From Candidatus Bathyarchaeota archaeon (GTDB taxonomy: Archaea; Thermoproteota; Bathyarchaeia; TCS64): a stretch of DNA of 64,000 nt. Of the stretch, positions 30,014 through 39,948 are shown piece by piece (position 1 is the stretch's first letter; each line of letters begins with the position of its first letter). The stretch spans positions 32,001 to 96,000 of the forward strand of contig CAVYVF010000002.1 of assembly GCA_963771885.1 (NCBI GenBank), read 5' to 3'. The notes beneath the pieces were generated by a model. The model saw nothing but the letters and a program-made list of their open reading frames with translations, was not told the DNA's origin and made no database searches. Both the position numbers and the translations under genes were made by a program.

Positions 30014-31219
30014 GTGGCTAGTTTGACCGTTTCGGCTTCGGATTGGGTTCGAGATCACAGGGACGACGCCATAAGGGTTCTCCAGGAGTTCATCCGGGTG
30101 CCGAGCCCGAGTGGGCAGGAGAAGGCCTGCGGAGAGAAGGTAGCTGAGGCAATGCGCGTCGCCGGATTCGACACCGCAAGCGTTGACGCCTTAGGGGACG
30201 CGATGGGTGTGCTGAAAGGCTCAGGTGGAGGCCGTAGCCTCCTTATGAACGGGCACATAGATCATGTGCCCGTCGGCGACATGGCCGATCCCTACTCTGC
30301 GAAGCTGATGGACGGCGCCACCTTCGGCACAAAGGGCGAGGTTATCTACGGCCGCGCCGCATGCGACATGAAGGCGGGCGTAGCCGCTATGGTCATGGCG
30401 GGCGCTTACCTCAAAGACGCCGGAGTCAAGCTCAAGGGAGACTACAAGGTCGCCGCTGTCGGGCAGGAGGAGATTGGCGGAGCGGGCACGGTCTCCACTA
30501 TCGACAAGGACCAATTCCTAGCGGACGTTGTCCTCATCGGCGAGGCGACGAACATGGACCTCGCCCTAGGCCACAGGGGCTCAATGAAGATGAACGTAGT
30601 CGTCAAGGGGAGGAGCTGCCACGCGAGTGCCCCCGAGAGAGGGATAAACGCCCTCTACAAGGCGACCGACCTGATGACTAGAATTAGGAACGAGCTAGTC
30701 CCGCAGCTCCCAAACGACCCCCTCTTCGGTAAAGTCAGCCTCACAATTACGATGATCGAGGTGAAGCCCGGCGCATTCAACGTCGTCCCCGAGGAGTGTC
30801 GTTTCGCCATCGACTGTCGCAACACGCCGAACTATACCGCTGAGAACCTCTACCACGACTTGCAGGCGATCATCGCTGATCAGGGCTTGAAGGACCCCGA
30901 GTTCAAGGCGAGTGTGCTACCCACGCCTCTAATCAGGGGTGAAAGGATATTCAATGGCTTCTACACCGATCCCAAGGTCTTCCCCGTCGTGGAGGAGGCG
31001 GAAGCCGCCATCAAGGACGCCCTCAACAAGGCTCCCCGGAGGAAGGTCTGGACATTTGCCACCGACGGCAAGTTCTACAGCTGGCTCGGCATCCCTGTTA
31101 TAGGCTTCGGCCCCGGCGAGGAGCAGTTCGCACACACCGCGATGGACCACGTCAGGATCGAGGACTATCTAAAGACGATAGAGGTCTACGCCGCGATAGC
31201 CCAGAAGGTCTGTGCGTAG
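30014..31219 (+). CDS. M20 metallopeptidase/deacylase (DapE/YgeY-like)
   Basis: NGHIDHVP, YGRAACDMK, QEE, IGEAT, FATDG, GFGPGEEQFAH. Confidence 0.88.
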   Translation: MASLTVSASDWVRDHRDDAIRVLQEFIRVPSPSGQEKACGEKVAEAMRVAGFDTASVDALGDAMGVLKGSGGGRSLLMNGHIDHVPVGDMADPYSAKLMDGATFGTKGEVIYGRAACDMKAGVAAMVMAGAYLKDAGVKLKGDYKVAAVGQEEIGGAGTVSTIDKDQFLADVVLIGEATNMDLALGHRGSMKMNVVVKGRSCHASAPERGINALYKATDLMTRIRNELVPQLPNDPLFGKVSLTITMIEVKPGAFNVVPEECRFAIDCRNTPNYTAENLYHDLQAIIADQGLKDPEFKASVLPTPLIRGERIFNGFYTDPKVFPVVEEAEAAIKDALNKAPRRKVWTFATDGKFYSWLGIPVIGFGPGEEQFAHTAMDHVRIEDYLKTIEVYAAIAQKVCA

Positions 31220-31265
31220 CCCCATTAGCCCCAAGCTTAAACCCTCCACCAACCCTTTTTACCCC

Positions 31266-32312
31266 ATGATCAGCCCCCTGGACGAACTCGACCAGATGCG
31301 CCGAATCGACCCGCGTGGGATGCTCGACGTTATCACTGCCCTCCCGGAGAGTGCCGAGGACGCTATCGAGAAGGCGGAGAAGGTCATATTCAAGTTTGTG
31401 CGCTTCAGAAGCCTCGTCGTCGCGGGGATGGGCGGCTCAGCCGTCGGTGGCCTCTTACTCCGTGACTGGCTTCAGCCGATAAGCCCCGTCCCTATAGTGG
31501 TTTCCCGCGACTACTCCATCCCCGGATATGTTGACAGAGACACACTGTTCTTCGCTGTCAGCTATTCTGGGGGTACTGAGGAGACACTGAGCGCCTACGA
31601 GGAGGCGTCAAAGAGGCGTGCGAAGATAATCGCTTTCACGTCTGGCGGTGAACTCTCTAAGCGGTCGTTCGCAGCACGCGTCACAACTTACATGCTGCCA
31701 ACAGGTTTCCAGCCACGCGCCGCAATCGCCCACCAGTTCTTCACTCTCGCCGTCGCCGCACGCAAGGCAGGGATAGCCGGCGACTCATGGTGGGAGGTAA
31801 AGGAGGCGATTGACGTCCTCAAGGCGATTAGAGAAGAGATGCGCCCCGAGGTGCCGCTCTGGTCGAATCCAGCTAAGAGACTCGCCGAGGAGATCAAGGG
31901 CTACATTCCTATTGTCTACGGCAGCAGTATACATGAGGCTGTCGCCTATAGGTGGAATACGCAGTTGAACGAGAACGGGAAGAGCCCCGCCGGGTCAAGC
32001 TTCATTCCGGAGGCTTTCCACAATGCCACCGTTGCCTCGGAGGGAGACCAAGCTATCCTAAGGCACCTCTGCGCCGTCCTCCTCAAAGATCCCATGGAGG
32101 GTGAACACCTCGTCGCGAAGACACACCGCTTCATCGACCTCCTCAGGCCCGGCTTCGGCAAGATACTTGAGGTCCAGGCGAGGGGCGAGGGACGCCTAGC
32201 CCGCATGTTAAGCGCCCTCTACATCGGCGACTATGTAAGCACCTACCTCGGAATCCTCTACGGCAAAGACCCGAGCACCGTCGAGTCAATTAACCAGCTT
32301 AAGCGTGTTTAG
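31266..32312 (+). CDS. bifunctional phosphoglucose/phosphomannose isomerase
   Basis: GMGGSAVGG, SYSGGTEET, QPRAA, QLNENGK, PEAFHN. Confidence 0.92.
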   Translation: MISPLDELDQMRRIDPRGMLDVITALPESAEDAIEKAEKVIFKFVRFRSLVVAGMGGSAVGGLLLRDWLQPISPVPIVVSRDYSIPGYVDRDTLFFAVSYSGGTEETLSAYEEASKRRAKIIAFTSGGELSKRSFAARVTTYMLPTGFQPRAAIAHQFFTLAVAARKAGIAGDSWWEVKEAIDVLKAIREEMRPEVPLWSNPAKRLAEEIKGYIPIVYGSSIHEAVAYRWNTQLNENGKSPAGSSFIPEAFHNATVASEGDQAILRHLCAVLLKDPMEGEHLVAKTHRFIDLLRPGFGKILEVQARGEGRLARMLSALYIGDYVSTYLGILYGKDPSTVESINQLKRV

Positions 32313-32352
32313 GGCGGCCCCCTTTTAACCCCCCATGCGGTTTAATCGAGCA

Positions 32353-32868
32353 ATGGTTGTTGAGGTTGACGACTCCGGCTGGGGTGACCTCGTGGGCGGC
32401 GCAGTGATTGTGATGAGGCGCCTCGGAAGGAACGAGAAGTACGTAGGCGGTGTGCCCGTCGAGGCCTTCCAGGGACAGGCGTTCAAGGCGAAAGCATACC
32501 TCCCATATGTCCTCCGAATCGTCAGGGAAGGCGCAGAAGCCCTCGGCATCGAAAAAGACGAGCCTGTCCACATATGCACCGGTTACATCCTCAGCGAGGT
32601 TAGAAAGGCGCTCACCAACGAGGGCTACAAGGTCGTTCCCTCTCGTATAGTCGGTGCAACCCAAGAGTTAGCTGAGGCGGAGTATATCAAACACCTGAGC
32701 CGCCTCGGTGTCGGCACTCCTGAGGAGGCGAGGAGGATCAGGGGATTCGACGCCAGCCTCGCTTGGGTGCTCCGAGACGTTGATAAGCGGGAGCGCCTCG
32801 TAAAGACGGGCTGGAAGAGCTGGCCTAGACTCAAGACTGGTGAGGATGTTGATCCCAAGCAGGCGTAA
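32353..32868 (+). CDS. RNase H-like fold hypothetical protein (paralogue 1)
   Basis: EVDDSGWGDLVGGAVI resembles the RNase HII GxDEAGRG motif; similar to 56157-56669. Confidence 0.65.
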   Translation: MVVEVDDSGWGDLVGGAVIVMRRLGRNEKYVGGVPVEAFQGQAFKAKAYLPYVLRIVREGAEALGIEKDEPVHICTGYILSEVRKALTNEGYKVVPSRIVGATQELAEAEYIKHLSRLGVGTPEEARRIRGFDASLAWVLRDVDKRERLVKTGWKSWPRLKTGEDVDPKQA

Positions 32869-33688
32869 GGCTAAACTGTCGATCGCGGTTCCCGCGTCCC
32901 TCGTCGGCGAGTACGCGAACCTCAGGGACAAGACTGAGGTGATTGGCCGCGTTGCTCGCAGCGCCGCCATATTCCGGGCGGAAGAGATAGTCATCTACCC
33001 CGACCAACCCGACGAGTCCGGTCTCATCAAGCTCATTCTCGGTTATGTCGAGACCCCTCAGTACCTTCGCAAGTACTTATACAAGGTTCGTCCCGAGTTG
33101 CAGTACGCGGGTACGCTCCCGCCGCTCCGCACAGCCCACCACCAATTGGAGGCGCATATCGCCAACCTACGCGTCGGCGAGTTCCGCGAGGGTATCCTCA
33201 GCGACCAGCAAGGCGTAAACGTCGTCGACATAGGCGTCGAGAAGCCGATCCGGATGATCGGCAAGGCGCCCTCGATGGGCAGCAGGGTAACAGTGAAGAT
33301 CACGGAGACCGGTCTCGAGCCGCGTTGTGAGATGGCGAGGCGGGCTGAGATACCCACATACTGGGGCTACGAGATACAGGCGTCGAAGAAGACCCTCGGC
33401 GACCTAGCCACTGGTGGCTACTACGACCTAACGATCGCGACGAGCAGAACTGGCGCGCCAATCGCCCAAGAGTCGGAACTCCTCAAGGAAAAACTCATTG
33501 AAGCTAATACAGTGCTAGTCGCCTTCGGTAGCCCCCGCACTGGGATACAGGAGATACTCAGGCGGGAGCACAGGGAGATCGCCGACTGCTTCAAGTTCAA
33601 CATCAACACCATCCCCGAGCAGGGCACAGAAACCGTCCGCACCGACGAAGCAGTCCACGCCACCCTCGCCGTCCTCAACCTCTACTAG
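32846..33688 (+). CDS. SPOUT RNA methyltransferase (DUF171/MTH1-like)
   Basis: ARSAAIFR.EEIVIY, ETPQYLRK, YWGY, FGSP..G, NTIPEQGTETVRTDEA. Confidence 0.92.
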   Translation: MLIPSRRKAKLSIAVPASLVGEYANLRDKTEVIGRVARSAAIFRAEEIVIYPDQPDESGLIKLILGYVETPQYLRKYLYKVRPELQYAGTLPPLRTAHHQLEAHIANLRVGEFREGILSDQQGVNVVDIGVEKPIRMIGKAPSMGSRVTVKITETGLEPRCEMARRAEIPTYWGYEIQASKKTLGDLATGGYYDLTIATSRTGAPIAQESELLKEKLIEANTVLVAFGSPRTGIQEILRREHREIADCFKFNINTIPEQGTETVRTDEAVHATLAVLNLY

Positions 33689-33732
33689 CGCCAATGTTAA
33701 ATCCCTCACATTTTTCTTAAAGGTGAAGCCAC

Positions 33733-34167
33733 TTGGACGACGCCCACATCGAGTCGGAGTTAAAGGGCAAAACACTCCTAGTCTACATGCATATCCTCAA
33801 GGCGGGGCAGGACACCGTCGGGGTCCGCGAGGTTCAGCGAGCCCTCGGCTTCAGCAGCCCAAGCGTCGCCGCCTACCACCTCCAGAAGCTCCAGGATCTC
33901 GGCCTCATAGAGAACGCCTACGGCGACTACCGGCTCATCAAGGAGATCAAGGTGGGCGTCCTACGCAGCTTCGTCAGCGTCGGCGGGGTAATGCTCCCCC
34001 GCTTTCTCTTCTATGCCGTCCTCGTCACCTCGATGCTCGTCACCTTCGTCGCCTCCTTTCCCTTCATCCCATCACGCGAGTATATCACCACCCTAATCAT
34101 GGGCTTCGTCCCCGCCGCTGTCTTCTGGTACGAGACCGTCAAGATATGGAGGGAGAAGCCGAGCTGA
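33733..34167 (+). CDS. winged-helix transcription regulator with two C-terminal TM helices
   Basis: VGVREVQRALGFSSPSVAAYHLQKLQDLGLI followed by two hydrophobic segments. Confidence 0.82.
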   Translation: MDDAHIESELKGKTLLVYMHILKAGQDTVGVREVQRALGFSSPSVAAYHLQKLQDLGLIENAYGDYRLIKEIKVGVLRSFVSVGGVMLPRFLFYAVLVTSMLVTFVASFPFIPSREYITTLIMGFVPAAVFWYETVKIWREKPS

Positions 34168-34240
34168 CCGTTCTAACATTAGAACAGCTGTTCGGAAGTC
34201 TAGCATTAAGAGCCCCGGGGGTACGCTCTAGTTGACAACG

Positions 34241-34612
34241 ATGAAGAACAGTCTCTACGCCCTCGTCGCGGTGCTCGCGGGCGTCATGCTTGTCGGCCTC
34301 CTCCCTGGCCAACTCTCAAATCTAGCCTCCCCAACGGTAACATTGCAGGCTAATGATCCTTTAGGACACAACATCACAATCACTGGTAGCGGGAGTACGA
34401 CTAAGGGGTATAACGATACACTCACACCAGCTGAACAGGAGGCAGCTATAGCTGCGTCTGATGCTCAATCAAGGGCGGATGATGGTGCTACATTTGTATT
34501 GGCTGGAGACACCGCTAATCCATATGCTGACTTAATTTACTACGGCATGATGTGTGTTGGCCTAGTCGTCGCCCTTGGGGTCTACTTCGCCGCTAGGCGG
34601 ATGTTAGGATAG
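34241..34612 (+). CDS. membrane protein with N- and C-terminal hydrophobic helices and extracytoplasmic loop
   Basis: MKNSLYALVAVLAGVMLVGLL...NIT/NDT sequons...LIYYGMMCVGLVVALGVYFAARR. Confidence 0.65.
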   Translation: MKNSLYALVAVLAGVMLVGLLPGQLSNLASPTVTLQANDPLGHNITITGSGSTTKGYNDTLTPAEQEAAIAASDAQSRADDGATFVLAGDTANPYADLIYYGMMCVGLVVALGVYFAARRMLG

Positions 34613-34788
34613 AAACCTCAACCCTTCGAGGATCTTTTTAGCCCTCTCAAGGAGTTCGCTCTTACCGATCTTCATCTTTGGCCCGGTCGTCTCCACGACC
34701 GCTGAGGCCCGCTGCTGAGCCCACCGCGGTGTGCACGCTTCACCTTTTCTAGGAAACCAATAAAAACAACCTTCCCGCTGATCCACTA

Positions 34789-35349
34789 GTGAAAAACTTG
34801 GTCAAAGCAATGACTGAGCAGAACCTTATAAGCGCTTTCAGCGGTGAGAGCCAGGCACACATGAGGTACCAAGTATTCTCGAAGAGAGCGAAGGAATCGG
34901 GTTTCCCTAACATTAGCCGCCTCTTCACAGCCGTCTCCTACGCGGAGAGGATACACGCGGGCAACCATTACCGAAATATAGTGACGAAGGGTCCCCAGAG
35001 CACATTCGGCGGCGCCCTCTTTGGCGCTCGGACGACGGTCGAGGACCTGCAGCAAGGTATCGACGGGGAAAACCACGAGGTCGAAGAGATGTACCCCGCC
35101 TACATGGCGGTGGCAAAGGACCAGAAGGAGTACGGAGCCGAGGTCACCTTCCGATACGCCTGGGAGGCGGAGAAGACACACGCCGGCCTCTACGCCAAGG
35201 CGAAGGGATATGCGGAGCAGAAAAAGGACGCTGACTTCAAGCAGCTAGGCGTCTGCGACATTTGCGGTTGGACTTTCGAGGGTGACGCCCCTGACCAATG
35301 CCCCATATGCAAGGCGAAGAAGGACAAGTTCACCCTCTTTCCCCCCTAA
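34789..35349 (+). CDS. rbr: rubrerythrin
   Basis: AFSGESQA, ERIHA, GENHE..EMYP, AEKTH, C-terminal CDICG...CPIC. Confidence 0.95.
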   Translation: MKNLVKAMTEQNLISAFSGESQAHMRYQVFSKRAKESGFPNISRLFTAVSYAERIHAGNHYRNIVTKGPQSTFGGALFGARTTVEDLQQGIDGENHEVEEMYPAYMAVAKDQKEYGAEVTFRYAWEAEKTHAGLYAKAKGYAEQKKDADFKQLGVCDICGWTFEGDAPDQCPICKAKKDKFTLFPP

Positions 35350-35555
35350 AGCCCCTGACTGCAATGCTTCTAACCGACGACCCAATTTATGAGTTGATCT
35401 ACATGAGGGTCAGCGCAAGCATCCTTCTCAATAATGTCTCTTGCATCGACCCTTGTGGCCATTTCGTCAACTGGGTGATTATACCGGAGTCTCGTTGATC
35501 CTTATTACCCCATAAAAATAAGAAACCGCAGCCAGCATACAGTTCTTGAACCCCA

Positions 35556-36812
35556 TTGGTCGAATGCTGGCTCCCCTACGGAAACACCGAAGTATACGTC
35601 ACTGTTGACATAAAGGAACTACTGAGCATAGCGGAGCCGGCTCGAGTCGACCCACAGCAGCACCCCCGCGAGATCGTCTCCAAGGCGCTCGACCAACCGA
35701 GAGGCGCAAAGAAGCTCTCAGAGTTGGTCGGTCCTGATTGCACCGTCGCGATAGCAGTTGAGGGCACGACCGCCCCCGCGAACGCCATCGCCGTCTTAGT
35801 GCCCATAGTCACACAACTCGTCAACCTCATCGTTCCCCGAGACAAGATCACGGTAATAGTAGCGAACGGCGTGAGAGAACGCAGTGGCAGGGAACTTCTA
35901 AAGGCGCTCAAGACTGCTGATGAACTCAAAGGAGTCAACCTCGTCGAACACACCAAGGCGTCCACAGGAATCACTAACCTCGGCGAGACGAGGCAAAAGA
36001 CTCCCGTGTCAATGAACAAATCATACACCGAAGCCAAGGTAAAGATAGCCGTGGGTGAGGTCGAGATAAATCCCTACACTGGCTTCACCGGCGCTCACAC
36101 GGCGCTAGTCCCCGGCATATCCTCTCCGTCGACAGTTGAGACCTATAGAAAGCTAGTCCTAAAAGGCGGCGTTAAGCCTGGCGTTGTCGAGGCGAACCAA
36201 GTCAAGGAGGACGTCCTCGAAGCGGCGAAGATGGCAGGCTGCGATATGGCGGTGCAGCTCGTTACGAATCCTCGAGGTAAGTTGCTCCACGCATTCGTAG
36301 GCGCAATAGAGGAGACGTGGGGGCAGGCAATCTATGCGCTAGGCGCGAGCTACCAAATAAACGCCGAGGCAGGGGCAGACGTCGTCGTCGTGAGCGCCGG
36401 AGGCGCAAAGCATGACAATGACCTATACGCCGCATCATGGGCGTTGCTGAACTCGGCGAGGATTGCTAAAAAGGGAGGCGCCATAATTCTGTTAGCTGAG
36501 TGTCCCGAGGGGCTCGGCCCCGAGTCCTACACCAACCTCGCACACATCGAACAGCAGAGCGAATTGGAGAGGCGCTACGCCCTCGGAGCCGAAGCACTTC
36601 AGATCTTAAAGACGGCAACTGCTAAGTGCCAAGTCATGCTCGTTTCAAGCCTCCCAAAGTACATGGTCGAGCCCTTAGGTCTCACGGTGGCGCGTACGGC
36701 GAACGACGCTTATCAAAAAGCCATAGACGGGAGGAGGGGGCGCAGGACACTAGTAATCCCCTATGGCTGCTCGACAGTCCCCATCGGAGCTAAGCCTGAA
36801 GCAGCACTATAA
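35556..36812 (+). CDS. lactate racemase (LarA/DUF2088) domain protein
   Basis: WLPYG start, GFTG, VVSAGG..D.DLY, GGAIILLAECPEGLG, VIPYG. Confidence 0.8.
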   Translation: MVECWLPYGNTEVYVTVDIKELLSIAEPARVDPQQHPREIVSKALDQPRGAKKLSELVGPDCTVAIAVEGTTAPANAIAVLVPIVTQLVNLIVPRDKITVIVANGVRERSGRELLKALKTADELKGVNLVEHTKASTGITNLGETRQKTPVSMNKSYTEAKVKIAVGEVEINPYTGFTGAHTALVPGISSPSTVETYRKLVLKGGVKPGVVEANQVKEDVLEAAKMAGCDMAVQLVTNPRGKLLHAFVGAIEETWGQAIYALGASYQINAEAGADVVVVSAGGAKHDNDLYAASWALLNSARIAKKGGAIILLAECPEGLGPESYTNLAHIEQQSELERRYALGAEALQILKTATAKCQVMLVSSLPKYMVEPLGLTVARTANDAYQKAIDGRRGRRTLVIPYGCSTVPIGAKPEAAL

Positions 36813-37908
36813 GGGACAGCCCCATGAGGACCGCGTAGCCGACTAAGCCTAGTTTCCTTGTGAAGCTCGTCGGGGACACATCGTCAAGGGGTGCCATCGA
36901 CTCGGTGCCCTCCCTCATCAGGAAGAATGCTATGATCACTGCCATTATGACGTAGCCGGATATCATTAGGAGGAAGACGCCGGTTATTGAGATTATTTTA
37001 TGCGTTTCCCGCCCGAAGAGTGCTCTTATGACGTGGCCGCCGTCGAGCTGCCAACTCGGTATCAGGTTGACGAAGGTGACGAGAAAGCCGACCCAGGATG
37101 CGAAGGCGAGGGGGTGGAGCACGAGGACGCTTCCCTCGGCCACGGGGCGGATGAAATCTGAGACTACCTGCAAGGCGATGGGCATCGGTATCTGCTGGAA
37201 GCGTATCTCAGGGTATGCAACAGCCCACTGCGCTACCTGCCACACAGGCACCGTGAAGCTCAGCATGATGCCGACAACGCCCACGACGAGTGAGGCTACG
37301 AAGCCGAAGACTGGCCCCGCTATGCCGAGGTCGAAGAGGTCGTCCCGATTCGTCGGGGGTTCGTCTTGGCTTATCACAGCGCCGAAAGTCCCGCCCATGC
37401 CCGGGGGCGCGGGAATGAAGAATGGCAGCGAAGCCCTGACGCCCCTCCTCTCCGAGGCGAGCTTATGCCCCATCTCGTGGACCCCAAAGACAAGCATGAT
37501 GCCTATTGTGAATATGAGGGCGTTCATGAAGACGGGCGTCCCAGTCATGAGGGCTTGGGTGAGTACAGGGTTATTGCTCCTCAGATAGCCGTCGATAAAA
37601 ACCGTCACCACAGTCGCCGCGAAGAGCAGCATGTTCCGCGCTTTGCTCCGCCCCTTCTCAGGCGGCCTCGGGCTGAGCGTGACATAATACCTGCCGACTA
37701 TCCACCTAAACTCAGCGAGGTATCCGAGGTGGCGCAACCCGTCTGCGAGTGTCCTAAAGGATCTCTTCAGCACCTGCTGCTTGTCCCCCTCCGACTTCTG
37801 TGAGACTATGTAGTTGGGGGTCTCCTTGTCCATGAAGCGGTCCTCGACGAGGAAAAAGGACTCGACGAGTCCATCGACCTCCGCATTGACGAGGATGCCC
37901 TGCGACAT
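36790..37908 (-). CDS. site-2 protease (M50 family)
   Basis: HEMGH, GTFGAVI, AGP, NLIPSWQLDGGH. Confidence 0.93.
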   Translation of the reverse strand: MSQGILVNAEVDGLVESFFLVEDRFMDKETPNYIVSQKSEGDKQQVLKRSFRTLADGLRHLGYLAEFRWIVGRYYVTLSPRPPEKGRSKARNMLLFAATVVTVFIDGYLRSNNPVLTQALMTGTPVFMNALIFTIGIMLVFGVHEMGHKLASERRGVRASLPFFIPAPPGMGGTFGAVISQDEPPTNRDDLFDLGIAGPVFGFVASLVVGVVGIMLSFTVPVWQVAQWAVAYPEIRFQQIPMPIALQVVSDFIRPVAEGSVLVLHPLAFASWVGFLVTFVNLIPSWQLDGGHVIRALFGRETHKIISITGVFLLMISGYVIMAVIIAFFLMREGTESMAPLDDVSPTSFTRKLGLVGYAVLMGLSLIVLLQA

Positions 37909-38006
37909 GGCCGATCAAAGACCCTGAGGAAGCGACCCCATAAAAGGCTTGCAGCCTCCGACGCGTTTAAATCCGCGGGGTTCTCCGCTTGAAAGAGGTA
38001 TCGGGG

Positions 38007-38507
38007 ATGAGCGAGGGCTACACTTTGAGGACATTCAAAGGAGAGGACCTGAACCGCGTCATGGCGATAAACTTCGAGTGCCTCCCCGAGAACTACAGCA
38101 GCAGCTTCTACAGGGAGCTCTACAGTAGATTCCCGGAGACCTTCATAGTCGCGGAGGCGGACGACGAGGTTCAGGGCTATATAATGTGCCGTGTCGAGAG
38201 GGGCTTCAGCAAGCTCAGGAACCTCAGCCCTGCACGGCTTCTGCATGTTGTCTCCATCGCTACACGCGAGCAGTATAGGCGCCGCGGCATCGCCAAGGTA
38301 CTTATGCTCGAGGCTATGAAGAAAGGCGCCGCTTTCTACGAGGCGACGGAGTGCTACCTCGAGGTACGCGTTGGCAACGAGCCCGCGATAAAGCTCTATG
38401 AGAACCTCGGCTTCACGAAGTCGAAGAGAAACTATGGATACTACCTCGACGGTGAGGATGCCTGGGTCATGGCGCTACCGATCACCGGTAAAGGGAAGCT
38501 TCAATAG
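38007..38507 (+). CDS. N-terminal acetyltransferase (Ard1/RimI-like GNAT)
   Basis: CLPENY, GYIMCRVE, HVVSIA...RRRGIA, YLEVRVGN, YYLDGEDA. Confidence 0.92.
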   Translation: MSEGYTLRTFKGEDLNRVMAINFECLPENYSSSFYRELYSRFPETFIVAEADDEVQGYIMCRVERGFSKLRNLSPARLLHVVSIATREQYRRRGIAKVLMLEAMKKGAAFYEATECYLEVRVGNEPAIKLYENLGFTKSKRNYGYYLDGEDAWVMALPITGKGKLQ

Positions 38508-38538
38508 CCCCCGAGACACAACGCAGGATGGTGCAAAG

Positions 38539-38706
38539 ATGGACATCGTACTCGCTTGGACGATAGTCATCTACATCGCCGCATTCCTACTGCTGGGCTT
38601 GTTCGCCATGTTCACGAGGAAGCTGATCAAGCAGCACAACGACATCTACCCTCTCCTCTACGCGATGGAGGAGTCGGATAAGAAGAAGGAGCGCGGCAAT
38701 TCCTAG
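38539..38706 (+). CDS. 55-aa single-TM small protein
   Basis: MDIVLAWTIVIYIAAFLLLGLFAMFTRKLIK...; fills the gap between genes. Confidence 0.55.
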   Translation: MDIVLAWTIVIYIAAFLLLGLFAMFTRKLIKQHNDIYPLLYAMEESDKKKERGNS

Positions 38707-39836
38707 ACATACTGGAGTAGCGACTCCGGGTGTGCCTTCTTGTAATTCTCATACCTCAGGCACAGCCTCCAGAGTATAGCTAGTCCTATGAGCCAGAATG
38801 CGATCGTGGTCTCTATATCAGTCCTGAACAGCGGTTCCTTATCCCAGAGGGGGCGTACCCTGTATAGGATGAGGTGAGTGACGTAGAAGAATAGTGGCGT
38901 CCTCCCGAAAACGAGGATGACGCCGGTGACGCCCTTGCCGTACCAGCTCCGTCCTTCAATGGCGAGGCCGAGGGCGAGTAGCAGGCACATGCCGCCGAAT
39001 GTCACCGTGAGGAAGGCGAGGTCGGGTGGGTACTTCGACACCGCAAGCCATGCTTGTATCGTGTTGCCCTGCCTTGAAACGAGGTTGCCGTACCCGTTGA
39101 GCCACCTAATCACAATGAAGGTGGCGATGGACAGCACACCGCTCAATGTGATGGGTACTACTAACCTCTTAATCCGGTAGCCGTCGAGCCGGTTGAGGTA
39201 AACACCGAAGCACCAGCCTAGCCCCATTACGCCAGCCCAAGGGATTATCGGGTACAGGACCTGGAAGGGGTAACTGTTCAGGTTAGGCTCATGCATATAC
39301 ATCCGCAGCAGTGGCCAAAAAGCCGTGTCCGGGAGGGAACTCAGGTCGAGGAGCGGGTGGAGTAGCACGACCAACACAGACACAGCCAGAATAATCTGCC
39401 AGGGCAGCCGGCGGAGGACACTGAAGATGAGGAAGCACGCAGCGAAACAGCCGAGTACTCCGAAGTAGAGTGGGCTCAGGTCGAAGGCGTTTCCCTCTAT
39501 GAAGACCATGAAGAGGACCAGAACCCCTGCTCGTTTGACTAGGTGGAGGCTGATCTCCCGTTGACTCACACCCCTCTGCAGCCTCCTCGCTGTGGAGATG
39601 GCGATGGATGTTCCCGATAGAAAGAAGAACGTTGGAGCGCAGAAATGAGTTATGAAGCGCGCGAGGTAGGGAACCAGCGGCGCTCCAAGGTAGGGGAACC
39701 CGCCGCCGAGGCCCTCGCCCCCATAATGCTGCTCAAACCAGAAACCCGCAACGTGGTCCCACGCCATCAGCGCCATGATGACGCCACGGGCGAAGTCGAT
39801 TGACCCGAACCTTCCCCGAGGAGTCTGCGCCTGCAT
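38703..39836 (-). CDS. DUF1624 / HGSNAT-catalytic-like membrane protein
   Basis: SIDFARGVIMALMAWDH, RFITHFCAPTFFFLSG, YPIIPW, SKYPP. Confidence 0.85.
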   Translation of the reverse strand: MQAQTPRGRFGSIDFARGVIMALMAWDHVAGFWFEQHYGGEGLGGGFPYLGAPLVPYLARFITHFCAPTFFFLSGTSIAISTARRLQRGVSQREISLHLVKRAGVLVLFMVFIEGNAFDLSPLYFGVLGCFAACFLIFSVLRRLPWQIILAVSVLVVLLHPLLDLSSLPDTAFWPLLRMYMHEPNLNSYPFQVLYPIIPWAGVMGLGWCFGVYLNRLDGYRIKRLVVPITLSGVLSIATFIVIRWLNGYGNLVSRQGNTIQAWLAVSKYPPDLAFLTVTFGGMCLLLALGLAIEGRSWYGKGVTGVILVFGRTPLFFYVTHLILYRVRPLWDKEPLFRTDIETTIAFWLIGLAILWRLCLRYENYKKAHPESLLQYV

Positions 39837-39948
39837 GGAATCAACTTCATTTACCGGAGATAAAACGTTTCCAATGCCCGATGCTGTGCCTCAAGTATCC
39901 AGCCGGCAAAGGTATTTAGGCGTCCGGCTCACATGCCTGTAGAACGCA

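Noticed and set aside
34604..34786. 60-aa minus-strand ORF upstream of rubrerythrin
   Set aside because: No motif; overlaps the probable rubrerythrin promoter
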